Below are positions 1-8,975 of a stretch of DNA of 64,000 nucleotides, one piece after another (within the stretch, counting starts at the first letter, position 1; every line of letters begins with the position of its first letter). Both the position numbers and the translations under genes were made by a program. The stretch comes from Oligoflexia bacterium (lineage in GTDB: Bacteria; Bdellovibrionota_G; JANQFH01): NCBI GenBank assembly GCA_028277945.1, contig JANQFH010000024.1, forward strand, positions 102,917 to 166,916, in the 5' to 3' direction. The notes under the pieces were generated by a model. The model was not told the origin of the DNA, did not search any database, and worked only from the letters and a program-made list of their open reading frames with translations.

Positions 1-2
1 AT

Positions 3-308
3 CCCGAGATCTCCCTCTATCTTGGTTGGGCACGCTATAAGGTGGCGAGCGCGAGTAAAGTTCATGGAGAGATGCAAGCCGCCAAGGCACTTATAGAGAA
101 GTATAAGGACGGCCGACCAAACCTCGATGCGGGTTATTTTTTCCTTGGCCAGATTGCCAAGCTTGAGGGCAATCTACATTCGGCCGAACAGATGTTTGTT
201 AAAACCATGGACATCAACCCACGGAACCACGAAGCCGAGCGCGAGCTCCGTCTTATGGATAGGCGGCGTGAAAAAACACGCAAGGGAATTTTTAAGAAGG
301 AGAAGTAG
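3..308 (+). CDS. C-terminal fragment of a TPR-repeat protein (5' end outside the window)
   Basis: The frame is open from nt 3 to TAG 306-308. The tracked 42..308 ORF is only its GTG-delimited part. TPR-like GYFFLGQIAKLEGNLHSAEQMFVKTMDINPRNHEAEREL is followed by a basic tail. Confidence 0.5.
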   Translation, partial: PEISLYLGWARYKVASASKVHGEMQAAKALIEKYKDGRPNLDAGYFFLGQIAKLEGNLHSAEQMFVKTMDINPRNHEAERELRLMDRRREKTRKGIFKKEK

Positions 309-359
309 CATTATCACTTGGACGGATTTACTCTCTGTTTCTAATAGGACGACACTATT

Positions 360-998
360 GTGTATGGCATGACGGACATTATCACTATCATCGCCATGTT
401 TGTGGCTGCTGGAGGCATTTATCTTGCTGTTGCCTGCAGACAGGTCAACATTCTGTTTATTATTCTTCCTGTGCTTATGGTGCTCATTGCTTGGGTGCTG
501 CTATTCCCTAGCAGCAAACCCGTTGGTAGTGATGATATTGAATCAGGCACTCTTTTGCTCACGCATGTCATCTTTTTTTCTTTTGGCATTGGGGCACTTT
601 TCTTGGCATTTATTCTCGGCGTGCTCCTAATCCTACAGGACTACTGCATCAAGCACAAAAGGGTAGGTAGGATCACGGAGTTCTTACCCTCGCTGCAAGT
701 GTTAGACCGTCTGATGCTACGCTTTATTCTTGTTGGGTTTCCTTTTATCACCGCTGGCCTGGTGTTTGGCATCATTCTGGCTCACACTAGCTGGACGACC
801 TTATGGATCAAGGACGCCAAGGTAATCTTTTCGTTGATTTGCTGGGTGTGGTATACGTTGCTACTACAGTTCCGTTTGGCATTTGGCTGGCGAGGCAGGA
901 GGCTGGCTCTGCTCAACCTCTTTGGCTTTGTGGTTTTGGTGTTTACACTATTTGGGGTACAGATGTTATTTAGCGGTGGCAGCCACCGCTATCTTTGA
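360..998 (+). CDS. Polytopic membrane protein of the cytochrome c assembly (CcsA/HemX-like) family
   Basis: 212-aa ORF with about 6 hydrophobic helices and a Trp-rich C-terminal half (HTSWTTLWIKDAKVIFSLICWVWYTLLLQFRLAFGWRGRR). It lies directly upstream of hemA, as hemX/ccsA-like genes often do. Start is 360 (GTG) or 369 (ATG). Confidence 0.6.
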   Translation: MYGMTDIITIIAMFVAAGGIYLAVACRQVNILFIILPVLMVLIAWVLLFPSSKPVGSDDIESGTLLLTHVIFFSFGIGALFLAFILGVLLILQDYCIKHKRVGRITEFLPSLQVLDRLMLRFILVGFPFITAGLVFGIILAHTSWTTLWIKDAKVIFSLICWVWYTLLLQFRLAFGWRGRRLALLNLFGFVVLVFTLFGVQMLFSGGSHRYL

Positions 999-1017
999 GG
1001 TTTATGGACACAACGGC

Positions 1018-2334
1018 ATGGAGAAGACTCTAGCAGATCATAACTTTGTGGTTGTAGGTCTCAGCCATCACAACACACCTCTGCCGCTGTTGGAGCAGGC
1101 TACGTTTGATCAAAACCGTCTACCGTTGGCACTCAGAGATCTGCATACACGCAAACAGGTAAAGAGCGGCCTTATAATCTCGACTTGTAACCGAGTTGAG
1201 GTCTATGCACTCGGCAAGGGCGAGGCGTTACCTAAGAGCTGTGAGGAATTTCTGCTGCATTGGTGCCGTGGTCCAGCAGAGGAGGTCCGTCGGCATCTCT
1301 ATAAGAAGGAAGGCAAAGCGGCTCTGCAGCAGCTATTTGACGTAGCTGCAAGTCTTGACTCTATGGTTCCAGGTGAGCCACAGGTCTTCGGTCAGGTTAA
1401 GGCGGCCTATGCCCAGCAGATGCGCCTGCATTACAACCACCCGCTTATGGACCGGATCATGCGCAAGACCTTTTCTGTAGCTAAAAGAGTGCGCACGGAA
1501 ACCGGTATTGCCACGCAGCCAGTTTCTCTGGCTTATGTTGCCGTAGAATTAGCTCGCAAGATCTTTGGCGAGCTGCGTGGCAGCAAGGTCATGCTGGTCG
1601 GTGCCGGCAAGATGGGAGAGCTAGCCCTGCGACACCTGATGGCTAGAGGTATTAGCGAACTGATCATCTGCAATCGTTCGTACCAGAACGCCCTCACCTT
1701 GGCGACGGAATTCTCAGCTACTGCCATACACATGGAGGCTTTGACGGAGTACCTTAAGCAGGTTGACATCGTTATCGCCTCAACCGCTGCCCAGGGTTTT
1801 CTCATCAACAAGAAGAGTGTGAGTATGATGATGCCAGAACGGATGAACCGCCCTATCTTTTTTATCGATATCGCCATGCCAAGAAACATTGATCCCATGG
1901 TCAACCGAATCGATAATGTCTATCTGTACAACCTCGATGACCTTAAAACCGTTTCCATACGCAATGTAGAGCAACGCAAACAAGAAATGGTCAAAGGCAC
2001 ACAGATTGTTGCTGGTGAAGTCGAGAGCTTCTTGTCCACACTTGCACAACAGCGATTTCGTGACACCATCGGTCAGCTGCAACAGTCGGTTAAGAAAATT
2101 GTCGAAATCGAGATGGGTGTTGTTGCTGATAGACTTAAGCAGTCACTTTCTCCGGAAGAGATAGATGTGCTTAAGAGGTCTTCTGAGCGCTTAACAGCAA
2201 AGCTCATGCAGCAACCCGCCCACTTTTTAAAGAACGCCGCTGTTGCAAGAGAAGTTGAAGTGTTGCGCCAGGCCTTTGGCTTAGCAAACGGTCTCGACAG
2301 TGAAGAAGATCCGCATCGGCAGTCGCGGCAGTAA
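1018..2334 (+). CDS. hemA: Glutamyl-tRNA reductase
   Basis: The ATG at 1018 gives MEKTLADHNFVVVGLSHHNTPLPLLEQ, a typical HemA N-terminus. It also has the STCNRVEVY active-site Cys motif and the NADPH site LVGAGKMGEL. The tracked ORF start at 883 overlaps the upstream gene and is not used. Confidence 0.93.
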   Translation: MEKTLADHNFVVVGLSHHNTPLPLLEQATFDQNRLPLALRDLHTRKQVKSGLIISTCNRVEVYALGKGEALPKSCEEFLLHWCRGPAEEVRRHLYKKEGKAALQQLFDVAASLDSMVPGEPQVFGQVKAAYAQQMRLHYNHPLMDRIMRKTFSVAKRVRTETGIATQPVSLAYVAVELARKIFGELRGSKVMLVGAGKMGELALRHLMARGISELIICNRSYQNALTLATEFSATAIHMEALTEYLKQVDIVIASTAAQGFLINKKSVSMMMPERMNRPIFFIDIAMPRNIDPMVNRIDNVYLYNLDDLKTVSIRNVEQRKQEMVKGTQIVAGEVESFLSTLAQQRFRDTIGQLQQSVKKIVEIEMGVVADRLKQSLSPEEIDVLKRSSERLTAKLMQQPAHFLKNAAVAREVEVLRQAFGLANGLDSEEDPHRQSRQ

Positions 2335-3244
2335 GCTCGCGCTAATACAGGCAGCAACGGTACGAGACCGGCTGGTAGAAATCGACCCTAGCCTAGAGAG
2401 AGCGTGCGAAATTGTGCCCATCCATACAACGGGGGACAAAATCCAAGCTGTTGCTAGCAACCTAACCAACAAGGCCGGGCTGTTTGTCAAAGAGATTGAG
2501 AGGGCGCTCAAAAAGCAGAAGATTGATATTGCGGTTCATAGTCTAAAAGACTTGCCAGCAAAACAACACAGTGATTTCGATCTTGGCGCTTTTTTAGCCC
2601 GACAGGATCCGCGAGATGCCATTGTCTGTAGTGACCGCCGTCGTGTCGACAGCATCTGGCATATGTTACAAACGGGCGCTGCTGCAGGAGTTCGGTTTGG
2701 CACCTCAAGTCCACGCCGCAGTGCCATGTTAAGACACTATCTTCGCGATTGCCACATCCAACCTTTGCGCGGCAATGTCGATAGCCGGCTTAAAAGACTG
2801 CAAACAGATGACTTTGATGTGATTGTCTTGGCTATGGCTGGGCTGTTACGTCTTGGCTTGCAATCAGAAGCAGTACGCGCTTTACCATTACAACGTTTTA
2901 TTCCCGCAGCTGGCCAAGGAGTGGTTGTTGTTGAGCTGCTTAAACAGCAGCAACAGCTTTTAACTCTCGTGGAGCAAATCAACCATCCACCCACACAGAC
3001 GGCGGCCCTTGCCGAACGCAGCTTTATTGCCAAACTAGGAGCCAGTTGCTGGAGTGCTGTGGGTGTCTATGCCGAACTTGAAGGCGATACCATTCGTCTA
3101 CATGCCGCACTCTTTTCTAGCGACGGCAGAGAAAAGATAGAAGATCAACTCGAGGGTAGATTAGACGAGCCGGAAGAGTTGGGCTGTGGTTTGGCCGAGC
3201 GGTTTATTGCCCAGGGAGCCGCTTCGCTTATGGGAGATGGCTAA
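2300..3244 (+). CDS. hemC: Hydroxymethylbilane synthase (porphobilinogen deaminase)
   Basis: The GTG start gives MKKIRIGSRGSKLALIQA. Also present are HSLKDLP, GTSSPRR, RGNVDSRL and the cofactor-Cys region. The gene overlaps the hemA stop by 35 nt. Confidence 0.93.
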   Translation: MKKIRIGSRGSKLALIQAATVRDRLVEIDPSLERACEIVPIHTTGDKIQAVASNLTNKAGLFVKEIERALKKQKIDIAVHSLKDLPAKQHSDFDLGAFLARQDPRDAIVCSDRRRVDSIWHMLQTGAAAGVRFGTSSPRRSAMLRHYLRDCHIQPLRGNVDSRLKRLQTDDFDVIVLAMAGLLRLGLQSEAVRALPLQRFIPAAGQGVVVVELLKQQQQLLTLVEQINHPPTQTAALAERSFIAKLGASCWSAVGVYAELEGDTIRLHAALFSSDGREKIEDQLEGRLDEPEELGCGLAERFIAQGAASLMGDG

Positions 3245-3250
3245 GAGAGC

Positions 3251-4084
3251 ATGGATGTTGTTGGCAAACGGCTGGTTATTACGCGGCCGCCACGGGAGGC
3301 GAGGCGCATGCAACGCGAGCTTGAACGTCGTGGTGCCAAGGTGCACTGTTGTCCCACCGTGGACATTGTGTCCCTGCCTTTGTCCGCTAGTATGGCCAAG
3401 CTCTTGGAGCAGCTTGAGCGCTTTGATGGCATCCTCTTCTCCAGCAAGAATGGCGTGCGCTGCTTTCTTCGTCTTTTTAGGCAGCATGCTCGAAGGCACG
3501 ACCTAGGTCAGCTACGCCGACTTGCCGCAGCCGCCGTGGGTGCGAGTACAGCAAGGCTTTGGCAACGTTGCACGAAGGTGGCGCCGCTCTACCCCTTACA
3601 AGAAAAAGGAAGTCGCGCTCTTGTGGAGTGCATGGCGCGTCAGTGGATTACTGAGGCTGCTGTTGCCGCCAATAAAGGCGATGGCCAAACAGCACTCTTG
3701 GTCAACGGACCCAAGCGTTGGTTGTTCCCGAGTGCCACGCGAGGAGGTGAGCCACTTAGCCGAGCACTGCAACAACTCGGCTTTATTGTTGCACCGCTTG
3801 CCTGTTATGAAACCAAAAGTCGCAGCGTCGACGCTATCGATCTATCGCCATTTACCGCAGCGGACGTCGACATCATTGTCTTTTTCAGCCCCAGCCAAGT
3901 TCGAGCTCTGACCGCGGCACTGAAGCATCGCGGTCTCTTTCCTTTGCCGTCAAAGACCCTTGTCCTCTCTATGGGCGAACGGACAACCACTCAAATTCGC
4001 CAAGATGGCTACGGCAAAACCTGCGAGGCGAGTATCAGCAGTGTTGACGGACTGCTGACGACGCTTGCCAGCGTTGGAGTATAA
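3251..4084 (+). CDS. hemD: Uroporphyrinogen-III synthase
   Basis: 277 aa with an N-terminus LVITRPPREARRMQRELERRGAKVHCCPT typical of HemD/HEM4. It sits in the hemA-hemC-hemD order. Confidence 0.8.
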   Translation: MDVVGKRLVITRPPREARRMQRELERRGAKVHCCPTVDIVSLPLSASMAKLLEQLERFDGILFSSKNGVRCFLRLFRQHARRHDLGQLRRLAAAAVGASTARLWQRCTKVAPLYPLQEKGSRALVECMARQWITEAAVAANKGDGQTALLVNGPKRWLFPSATRGGEPLSRALQQLGFIVAPLACYETKSRSVDAIDLSPFTAADVDIIVFFSPSQVRALTAALKHRGLFPLPSKTLVLSMGERTTTQIRQDGYGKTCEASISSVDGLLTTLASVGV

Positions 4085-4101
4085 ATGGACGGAGTGTCTA
4101 T

Positions 4102-4109
4102 GCTATAAT
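4102..4109 (+). promoter_or_regulatory. Candidate extended -10 element (TGcTATAAT) for the 4134 gene
   Basis: A perfect TATAAT at 4104-4109 is preceded by TGc and lies 25 nt upstream of ATG 4134. No good -35 is present. Motif-only call. Confidence 0.3.
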
Positions 4110-4133
4110 GGTTTGAGGGGAGTCCCACCAAAC

Positions 4134-4790
4134 ATGGCAAAAAATAATTTTTTTAGTAAATTCAGCAGGTTAAATGCTGGAGAGCGAGGCGTCGTGGTCG
4201 TGGTGGCGCTTGTGGTGCTCACCTTAGGGGCGCTTGTGGCCATTGTCTCGCTGACCGTCAGCCGGCAGAATGTCGTCAGTACCGGCAAGGTTCGAGGCGT
4301 CGTCGGTGCTAAGTATACTGTGGATGAGGCTATCCAGCGTACGCTCTCGGAGATTCGCCAAAATGTGAATGATTTCTATTCCAATGACAGCGATGCAACC
4401 AATACGCTCTACGCCACCTTCGACCCTGCCAACGATGATTCCGATGACATTGTCGATTGCCTATCTCAGTACCAGTGGACCGAGGCCGATCATGACGATC
4501 ACCTTAAGGTATACAGCGATGGCCGCGTAATGTGCAATTACCTCGGTGACGCTATGGAAAACACCCGTGTAGCGATCGTACGGCATAAGGACTTTCAGGA
4601 CGTCGACAACTACGGTCAGCGGTCAGCGGTTTACCTGATTAATGCCGTTGCCAAGCAGCCGAACGGCGTATTGGTAAAAAAGTATGCGGTTATCCTGGTA
4701 CCGCTGATCCTAGAGCAGTTCTTTCTGCCTGAGACCTCCATTCCAGACCCCACCGTGCATCCCTTTATTGCCTCGGTCCAAGAGGGTTGA
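4134..4790 (+). CDS. Hypothetical N-terminally membrane-anchored protein
   Basis: The ATG at 4134 gives MAKNNFFSKFSRLNAGERG followed by one hydrophobic helix (VVVVVALVVLTLGALVAIVSL). The remainder is acidic and I recognise no family. Confidence 0.5.
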   Translation: MAKNNFFSKFSRLNAGERGVVVVVALVVLTLGALVAIVSLTVSRQNVVSTGKVRGVVGAKYTVDEAIQRTLSEIRQNVNDFYSNDSDATNTLYATFDPANDDSDDIVDCLSQYQWTEADHDDHLKVYSDGRVMCNYLGDAMENTRVAIVRHKDFQDVDNYGQRSAVYLINAVAKQPNGVLVKKYAVILVPLILEQFFLPETSIPDPTVHPFIASVQEG

Positions 4791-4802
4791 GAAGCTTTGC
4801 AC

Positions 4803-4830
4803 TTGACTTTGCAATCGGCCTCATAATAAT
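4803..4830 (+). promoter_or_regulatory. Candidate sigma70-type promoter for the response-regulator gene
   Basis: TTGACT (4803-4808), a 16-nt spacer, then AATAAT (4825-4830), about 40 nt upstream of ATG 4868. Motif-only call. Confidence 0.35.
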
Positions 4831-4867
4831 AAGCATGTAAAACTATTTAAAAATTTCGTTACTTGTT

Positions 4868-6007
4868 ATGGCAAAGAAGCTCTTACTCGCGGATGACAGT
4901 ATTACCATTCAAAAGGTGGTGGGGATCACCTTTGCGCAGGAGGATTTCGACATCACCTATGTTGACAATGGGGTGGATGCCATCAACAAGGCCAAGGAAC
5001 TTCATCCAGACATCATTCTTGCCGATATCGTCATGCCGCAGAAGACCGGTTACGACGTCTGTGAAGCGATCAAGAACGACGCGGAACTCAAAGGCATTCC
5101 CATCCTATTGCTAGCCGGCACCTTTGAGACCTTTGATGTCAACCGTGGCAAAACCGTCGGTGCCGACGATTACATCATCAAGCCATTTGAGTCGCAGGCG
5201 CTCATTGATAAAGTCAATCATCTGCTTGCCGGGGAGGCCCAGCAACCTTCAGCAGAGCCGGAAGAGGTTTCCGCGGTAGAGCCTCAAGCCGTGGAACCGC
5301 CAACGCAACCCCCTTCTGTCGCTGCAGAATCCGAGGGTGTTGCCTTTGATTTGCAAGCCGATGTCGATGCTACGCAAGCTGAGGGCCTAGACGATCTGTC
5401 TATGCCTGAACCGACGGTGTCGGCACCAGAACCAGCGCAACCTCTGGAGCCGGAACCGCTAGCTGCGGAACCCATGGATGCTGAGAGCATGGCCCCACCT
5501 CCTAGCGACACCCCTATGGAACCAGCCTTTGACGTAACGACTGTCGAAAGTGCCAGCCCGGTGACAGAAGCGCCGAGCTTTGCTGAGCCTCCCGCCATGG
5601 ATGAGTTTGGTTTGGGTACGATCGATGAACCCCTGGCAGCGGACGCTGTGGCCACTCCCGTGTCCCAGGGTGAAGAGCCACTAGCCGTAGAGCCGGAGGG
5701 CACTGCCGCAGATTTTGCCGACGTGGCTGCAGAACTACCCACAGAGAGTGGCGCCGCCGCAAGTGATGTCGATCTTCTTGACCTTCCACCCCTTCCCGAG
5801 GATACCTTAGAGGCTGCAGAGACAAGCACGCCAGCTGCCGAGGCAGCGCTGCCAAGCGCAGCCATTAGCGAGGCAGAGATCCATCGTCTCATCGATGAGA
5901 AAGTACGTGCGGTTGTCGAGAAGATAGCCTGGGAGATCATTCCCGATTTGGCGGAGAGGCTGATCAAGGAAGAGATCGAGCGTCTCACTCGTGACGACAA
6001 CAACTAG
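4868..6007 (+). CDS. Response regulator: CheY-like receiver, ~200-aa Pro/Ala/Glu-rich linker and a short conserved helical C-terminal tail
   Basis: REC motifs are present: LLADDS, phospho-acceptor ILADIVMP, and the ADDYIIKPF Lys loop. A low-complexity acidic P/A/E region follows, then EIHRLIDEKVRAVVEKIAWEIIPDLAERLIKEEIERL. Confidence 0.85.
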   Translation: MAKKLLLADDSITIQKVVGITFAQEDFDITYVDNGVDAINKAKELHPDIILADIVMPQKTGYDVCEAIKNDAELKGIPILLLAGTFETFDVNRGKTVGADDYIIKPFESQALIDKVNHLLAGEAQQPSAEPEEVSAVEPQAVEPPTQPPSVAAESEGVAFDLQADVDATQAEGLDDLSMPEPTVSAPEPAQPLEPEPLAAEPMDAESMAPPPSDTPMEPAFDVTTVESASPVTEAPSFAEPPAMDEFGLGTIDEPLAADAVATPVSQGEEPLAVEPEGTAADFADVAAELPTESGAAASDVDLLDLPPLPEDTLEAAETSTPAAEAALPSAAISEAEIHRLIDEKVRAVVEKIAWEIIPDLAERLIKEEIERLTRDDNN

Positions 6008-6009
6008 TA

Positions 6010-6126
6010 TTCGAGAGTCCGCAAAGACTTTACGGTGGCTACGCGCATCGATTATAGTCTTTAACGCCTTTGCGATGCTCTCGAGCTCTGCACTCCCTTG
6101 CGAGTGAATCGCTCGGTCGCTTTGCA
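6010..6126 (-). repeat. 117-nt core repeat, copy A (inverted relative to copy B at 15891..16007)
   Basis: By hand alignment, the reverse complement matches 15891..16007 at 105 of 117 positions. Confidence 0.85.
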
Positions 6127-6148
6127 TTTGCCTAACTCCACCTCTACA

Positions 6149-6245
6149 GGCGTGTCCAACCAAACCTGAGGTGGAATAAAGCGCAGACGAGCGGAGCGAG
6201 GCGAGCCATCCACCGAAGAGTTGGTTGGACACGCCATATAGAGGT
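6149..6245 (+). repeat. Shell element, copy A: long hairpin with a perfect 15-bp stem, ending at the valS Shine-Dalgarno
   Basis: GGCGTGTCCAACCAA (6149-6163) pairs perfectly with TTGGTTGGACACGCC (6221-6235). There is an inner GGTGGA/TCCACC stem. The two halves are homologous to 15851..15885 and 16018..16062. Confidence 0.8.
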
Positions 6246-6246
6246 T

Positions 6247-8967
6247 ATGAAGATCAAGTTTGATAAAGCCTACGAACCGCAGCTGGTTGAACAGGTTTGG
6301 TATCAGCGCTGGCAGCAAGCGGGTTGCTTTCACGCCGATGCCGACTCTACCAAAGACCCCTTTTGTATTGTCATCCCGCCGCCAAACGTCACAGGTTCGT
6401 TGCATATGGGTCACGCCCTAGACAACACCTTGCAAGACATTCTCATCCGCTACAGACGTATGCGCGGCTATAACGCCCTGTGGATGCCAGGCATGGACCA
6501 TGCCGGCATTGCCACGCAAAATGTCGTCGAAAAACAACTCGAATCCCAAGGTTTGAGTCGCGAAACGCTTGGCCGTGAGAAGTTCGTAGCCGCAGTATGG
6601 AAGTGGAAAGAAGAGTATGGCGGTAAGATTCTTACACAGCTGCAGCGCTTAGGCGCCTCCTGCGACTGGCGGCGGCAACGTTTTACCATGGACGCAGGAC
6701 TTTCGACAGCCGTACGCGAAGTCTTTGTTGAACTCTACGAAGAGGGTTACATCTATCGCGGTTTCTATATTATCAACTGGTGTACTCGCTGCCACACGGC
6801 GTTGAGCGATCTCGAAGTCGAGCATGAAGAGCTTCCAGGTAGGCTCTACACGATCAAATATCCCTTGGCCGATTCAGCCAAAGCGTTCATTCCCATAGCA
6901 ACCACTCGTCCAGAGACGATGCTTGGCGACACCGCCGTGGCCGTTCATCCAGACGACAAACGTTACCAGCGCTACATTGGCAAACAGCTGCGTTTGCCGT
7001 TGGTGGATCGTCTGATTCCAGTGATAGGCGATGCGAGTGTTAAACAGGACTTTGGTACCGGTGCATTAAAGATCACTCCAGCACACGACTTCAATGATTT
7101 TGAAATTGGCAAAAAGCACCAGTTGGATTCGGTCTCGGTTATGGACGAAAAGGGTCAGATTGACTGTGCGCAGACACGCTATCATGGGATGACGGTTAAA
7201 GGGGCGCGTAAGGCTGTGGTGGCCGATCTCAAACAGCATAACCTTTTTATGAACGACAAAGCGCATCCACACATGGTCGGGCACTGCTCTCGCTGCGAGA
7301 GTATTGTCGAGCCGCGAGTCTCGCGGCAGTGGTTTGTGAAGATGCAAGGGTTGGCCAAGACCGCCATCCATGCCGTACGCCAAGGTGAAACAGAGATCAT
7401 TCCGCGTAACTGGGAGAAGGTCTACTTTGATTGGTTAGAAAACATCCGTGACTGGTGTATCAGCCGTCAGCTCTGGTGGGGGCATCGCATTCCCGTCTGG
7501 TACTGTGAGAAGTGCGATGCAACGATCGTCAGCAAAACCGATCCTAAATCCTGCAATCAATGTTCTAATAAGAAACTGAAACAGGACGACGATGTGCTTG
7601 ACACATGGTTTAGTTCTGCTCTGTGGCCATTTTCAACCCTAGGTTGGCCTGAAAAGACAACCGAGCTGAAGACCTTTTATCCGACCTCCGTTCTGGTTAC
7701 TGGCTTTGACATTCTCTTCTTCTGGGTCTGTCGCATGATGATGCTGGGCCTGAAGTTTATGAACGACGTTCCCTTTAGGCAGGTCTACTTACACGCTCTG
7801 GTCCGTGACAGCCAAGGCCAGAAAATGACGAAGTCCAAGGGTAACGTGATCGATCCACTGACGCTGATGGACGAATACGGCACGGATGCGCTACGTTTTA
7901 CCCTTACCGCTTTAGCGATCCAAGGCCGAGACATGTCGATTTCTCATGAGCGCATTAAGGGATACCGCCACTTTGTCAATAAGCTGTGGAATGCCTCGCG
8001 GTTTGTGGCTATTAGCTTTGAAAATCTTCGCGCCAAGGTCGATTTGACCGATAGAGCAAAAGAGCCGCCAAAAGCTACAACAGCTGCCGATATTTGGATC
8101 AACAGCCTTCTCAGGGAAACCATCAACCAGGTGAACCAAGCTTATGAGGAGATGCGTTTTAGCGATGCCGCGCAACAGCTCTATCACTTTGTCTGGCATC
8201 AGTACTGTGACTGGTACATTGAAATGGCCAAAAGCAGTTTGATTGTGGCAGACGGTGCTAACAACGAACAACTCGAGCGCGCTGTGGCTACTGCCACCAA
8301 TCTCGTACACACTCTAGATACCATTCTACGTTTGTTACATCCGATCATGCCTTTTGTTACAGAGGAGATCTGGCAAAAGCTTGCTAGCTTGGTCGGTACT
8401 CAGGCGAGCGACTATCTCATGCTCGCACCCTTTCCTGAGCTTGCCGCAGCTGAGCTCAACTCAGAGCAGCAGGTGCAGTGCAGCGAGATCGAGTTTATCA
8501 AACAGGTGGTCACAGCCATACGTACGCTTAAGAGTGAGAACGCCATTGCTCCCTCTCGCCGCGTTCCCGTGACCTTTGTGGATGTGAAAACAGAGCAAGC
8601 GGCTGTGCTCAAGAGGCACTGGCAGTATGTGGTCAATTTAGCGCTTCTTGAAGCCGACCCACACTTCCAGGCGACTGCTGCAGGAGCGCAGCAAAAGGGC
8701 CCGGTTGCCAGTAGCGTTGTTGACGGTATGCAGATCGTCCTACCGTTGGGTGATCTTATTGACGTTGACAAAGAGAGGGGTCGACTCGAGCGAGAAATCA
8801 GCAAGCTCAAACAAGAGTGGCAGCGTCTGGACAAGAAGCAGAAAGACCGCGAGTTTCTAAAAAAGGCGCCACCCGAGGTTGTTGAGACACAGCAGAAGCG
8901 ATTTGTCCAAGCAGAAAAAGACCTGCAATCACTGCAAGCTTTTCTGCAGCGACTAACAGATGGCTAG
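6247..8967 (+). CDS. valS: Valine--tRNA ligase
   Basis: 906 aa with the HIGH motif PPPNVTGSLHMGHAL, the KMSKS motif KMTKSKGN, an editing domain and a C-terminal coiled coil. Confidence 0.97.
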   Translation: MKIKFDKAYEPQLVEQVWYQRWQQAGCFHADADSTKDPFCIVIPPPNVTGSLHMGHALDNTLQDILIRYRRMRGYNALWMPGMDHAGIATQNVVEKQLESQGLSRETLGREKFVAAVWKWKEEYGGKILTQLQRLGASCDWRRQRFTMDAGLSTAVREVFVELYEEGYIYRGFYIINWCTRCHTALSDLEVEHEELPGRLYTIKYPLADSAKAFIPIATTRPETMLGDTAVAVHPDDKRYQRYIGKQLRLPLVDRLIPVIGDASVKQDFGTGALKITPAHDFNDFEIGKKHQLDSVSVMDEKGQIDCAQTRYHGMTVKGARKAVVADLKQHNLFMNDKAHPHMVGHCSRCESIVEPRVSRQWFVKMQGLAKTAIHAVRQGETEIIPRNWEKVYFDWLENIRDWCISRQLWWGHRIPVWYCEKCDATIVSKTDPKSCNQCSNKKLKQDDDVLDTWFSSALWPFSTLGWPEKTTELKTFYPTSVLVTGFDILFFWVCRMMMLGLKFMNDVPFRQVYLHALVRDSQGQKMTKSKGNVIDPLTLMDEYGTDALRFTLTALAIQGRDMSISHERIKGYRHFVNKLWNASRFVAISFENLRAKVDLTDRAKEPPKATTAADIWINSLLRETINQVNQAYEEMRFSDAAQQLYHFVWHQYCDWYIEMAKSSLIVADGANNEQLERAVATATNLVHTLDTILRLLHPIMPFVTEEIWQKLASLVGTQASDYLMLAPFPELAAAELNSEQQVQCSEIEFIKQVVTAIRTLKSENAIAPSRRVPVTFVDVKTEQAAVLKRHWQYVVNLALLEADPHFQATAAGAQQKGPVASSVVDGMQIVLPLGDLIDVDKERGRLEREISKLKQEWQRLDKKQKDREFLKKAPPEVVETQQKRFVQAEKDLQSLQAFLQRLTDG

Positions 8968-8975
8968 GAGTTGCT

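Noticed and set aside
883-1017. 45-codon N-terminal extension of the hemA ORF in the track
   Set aside because: It overlaps the end of the upstream membrane-protein gene in another frame. The HemA-like sequence begins exactly at ATG 1018.
5284-6003. 239-aa Ser/Ala/Gly-rich ORF antisense to the response-regulator gene (also 5514..5855)
   Set aside because: It mirrors the Pro/Ala/Glu low-complexity linker on the other strand. It has no start context and no domain, so it is a shadow ORF.
6149-6246. Idea that the hairpin upstream of valS is a T-box or other aminoacyl-tRNA-synthetase leader
   Set aside because: There is no specifier-loop or T-box sequence. A homologous shell also occurs at 15.85-16.06 kb, away from any synthetase gene. 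A repeat element fits better.
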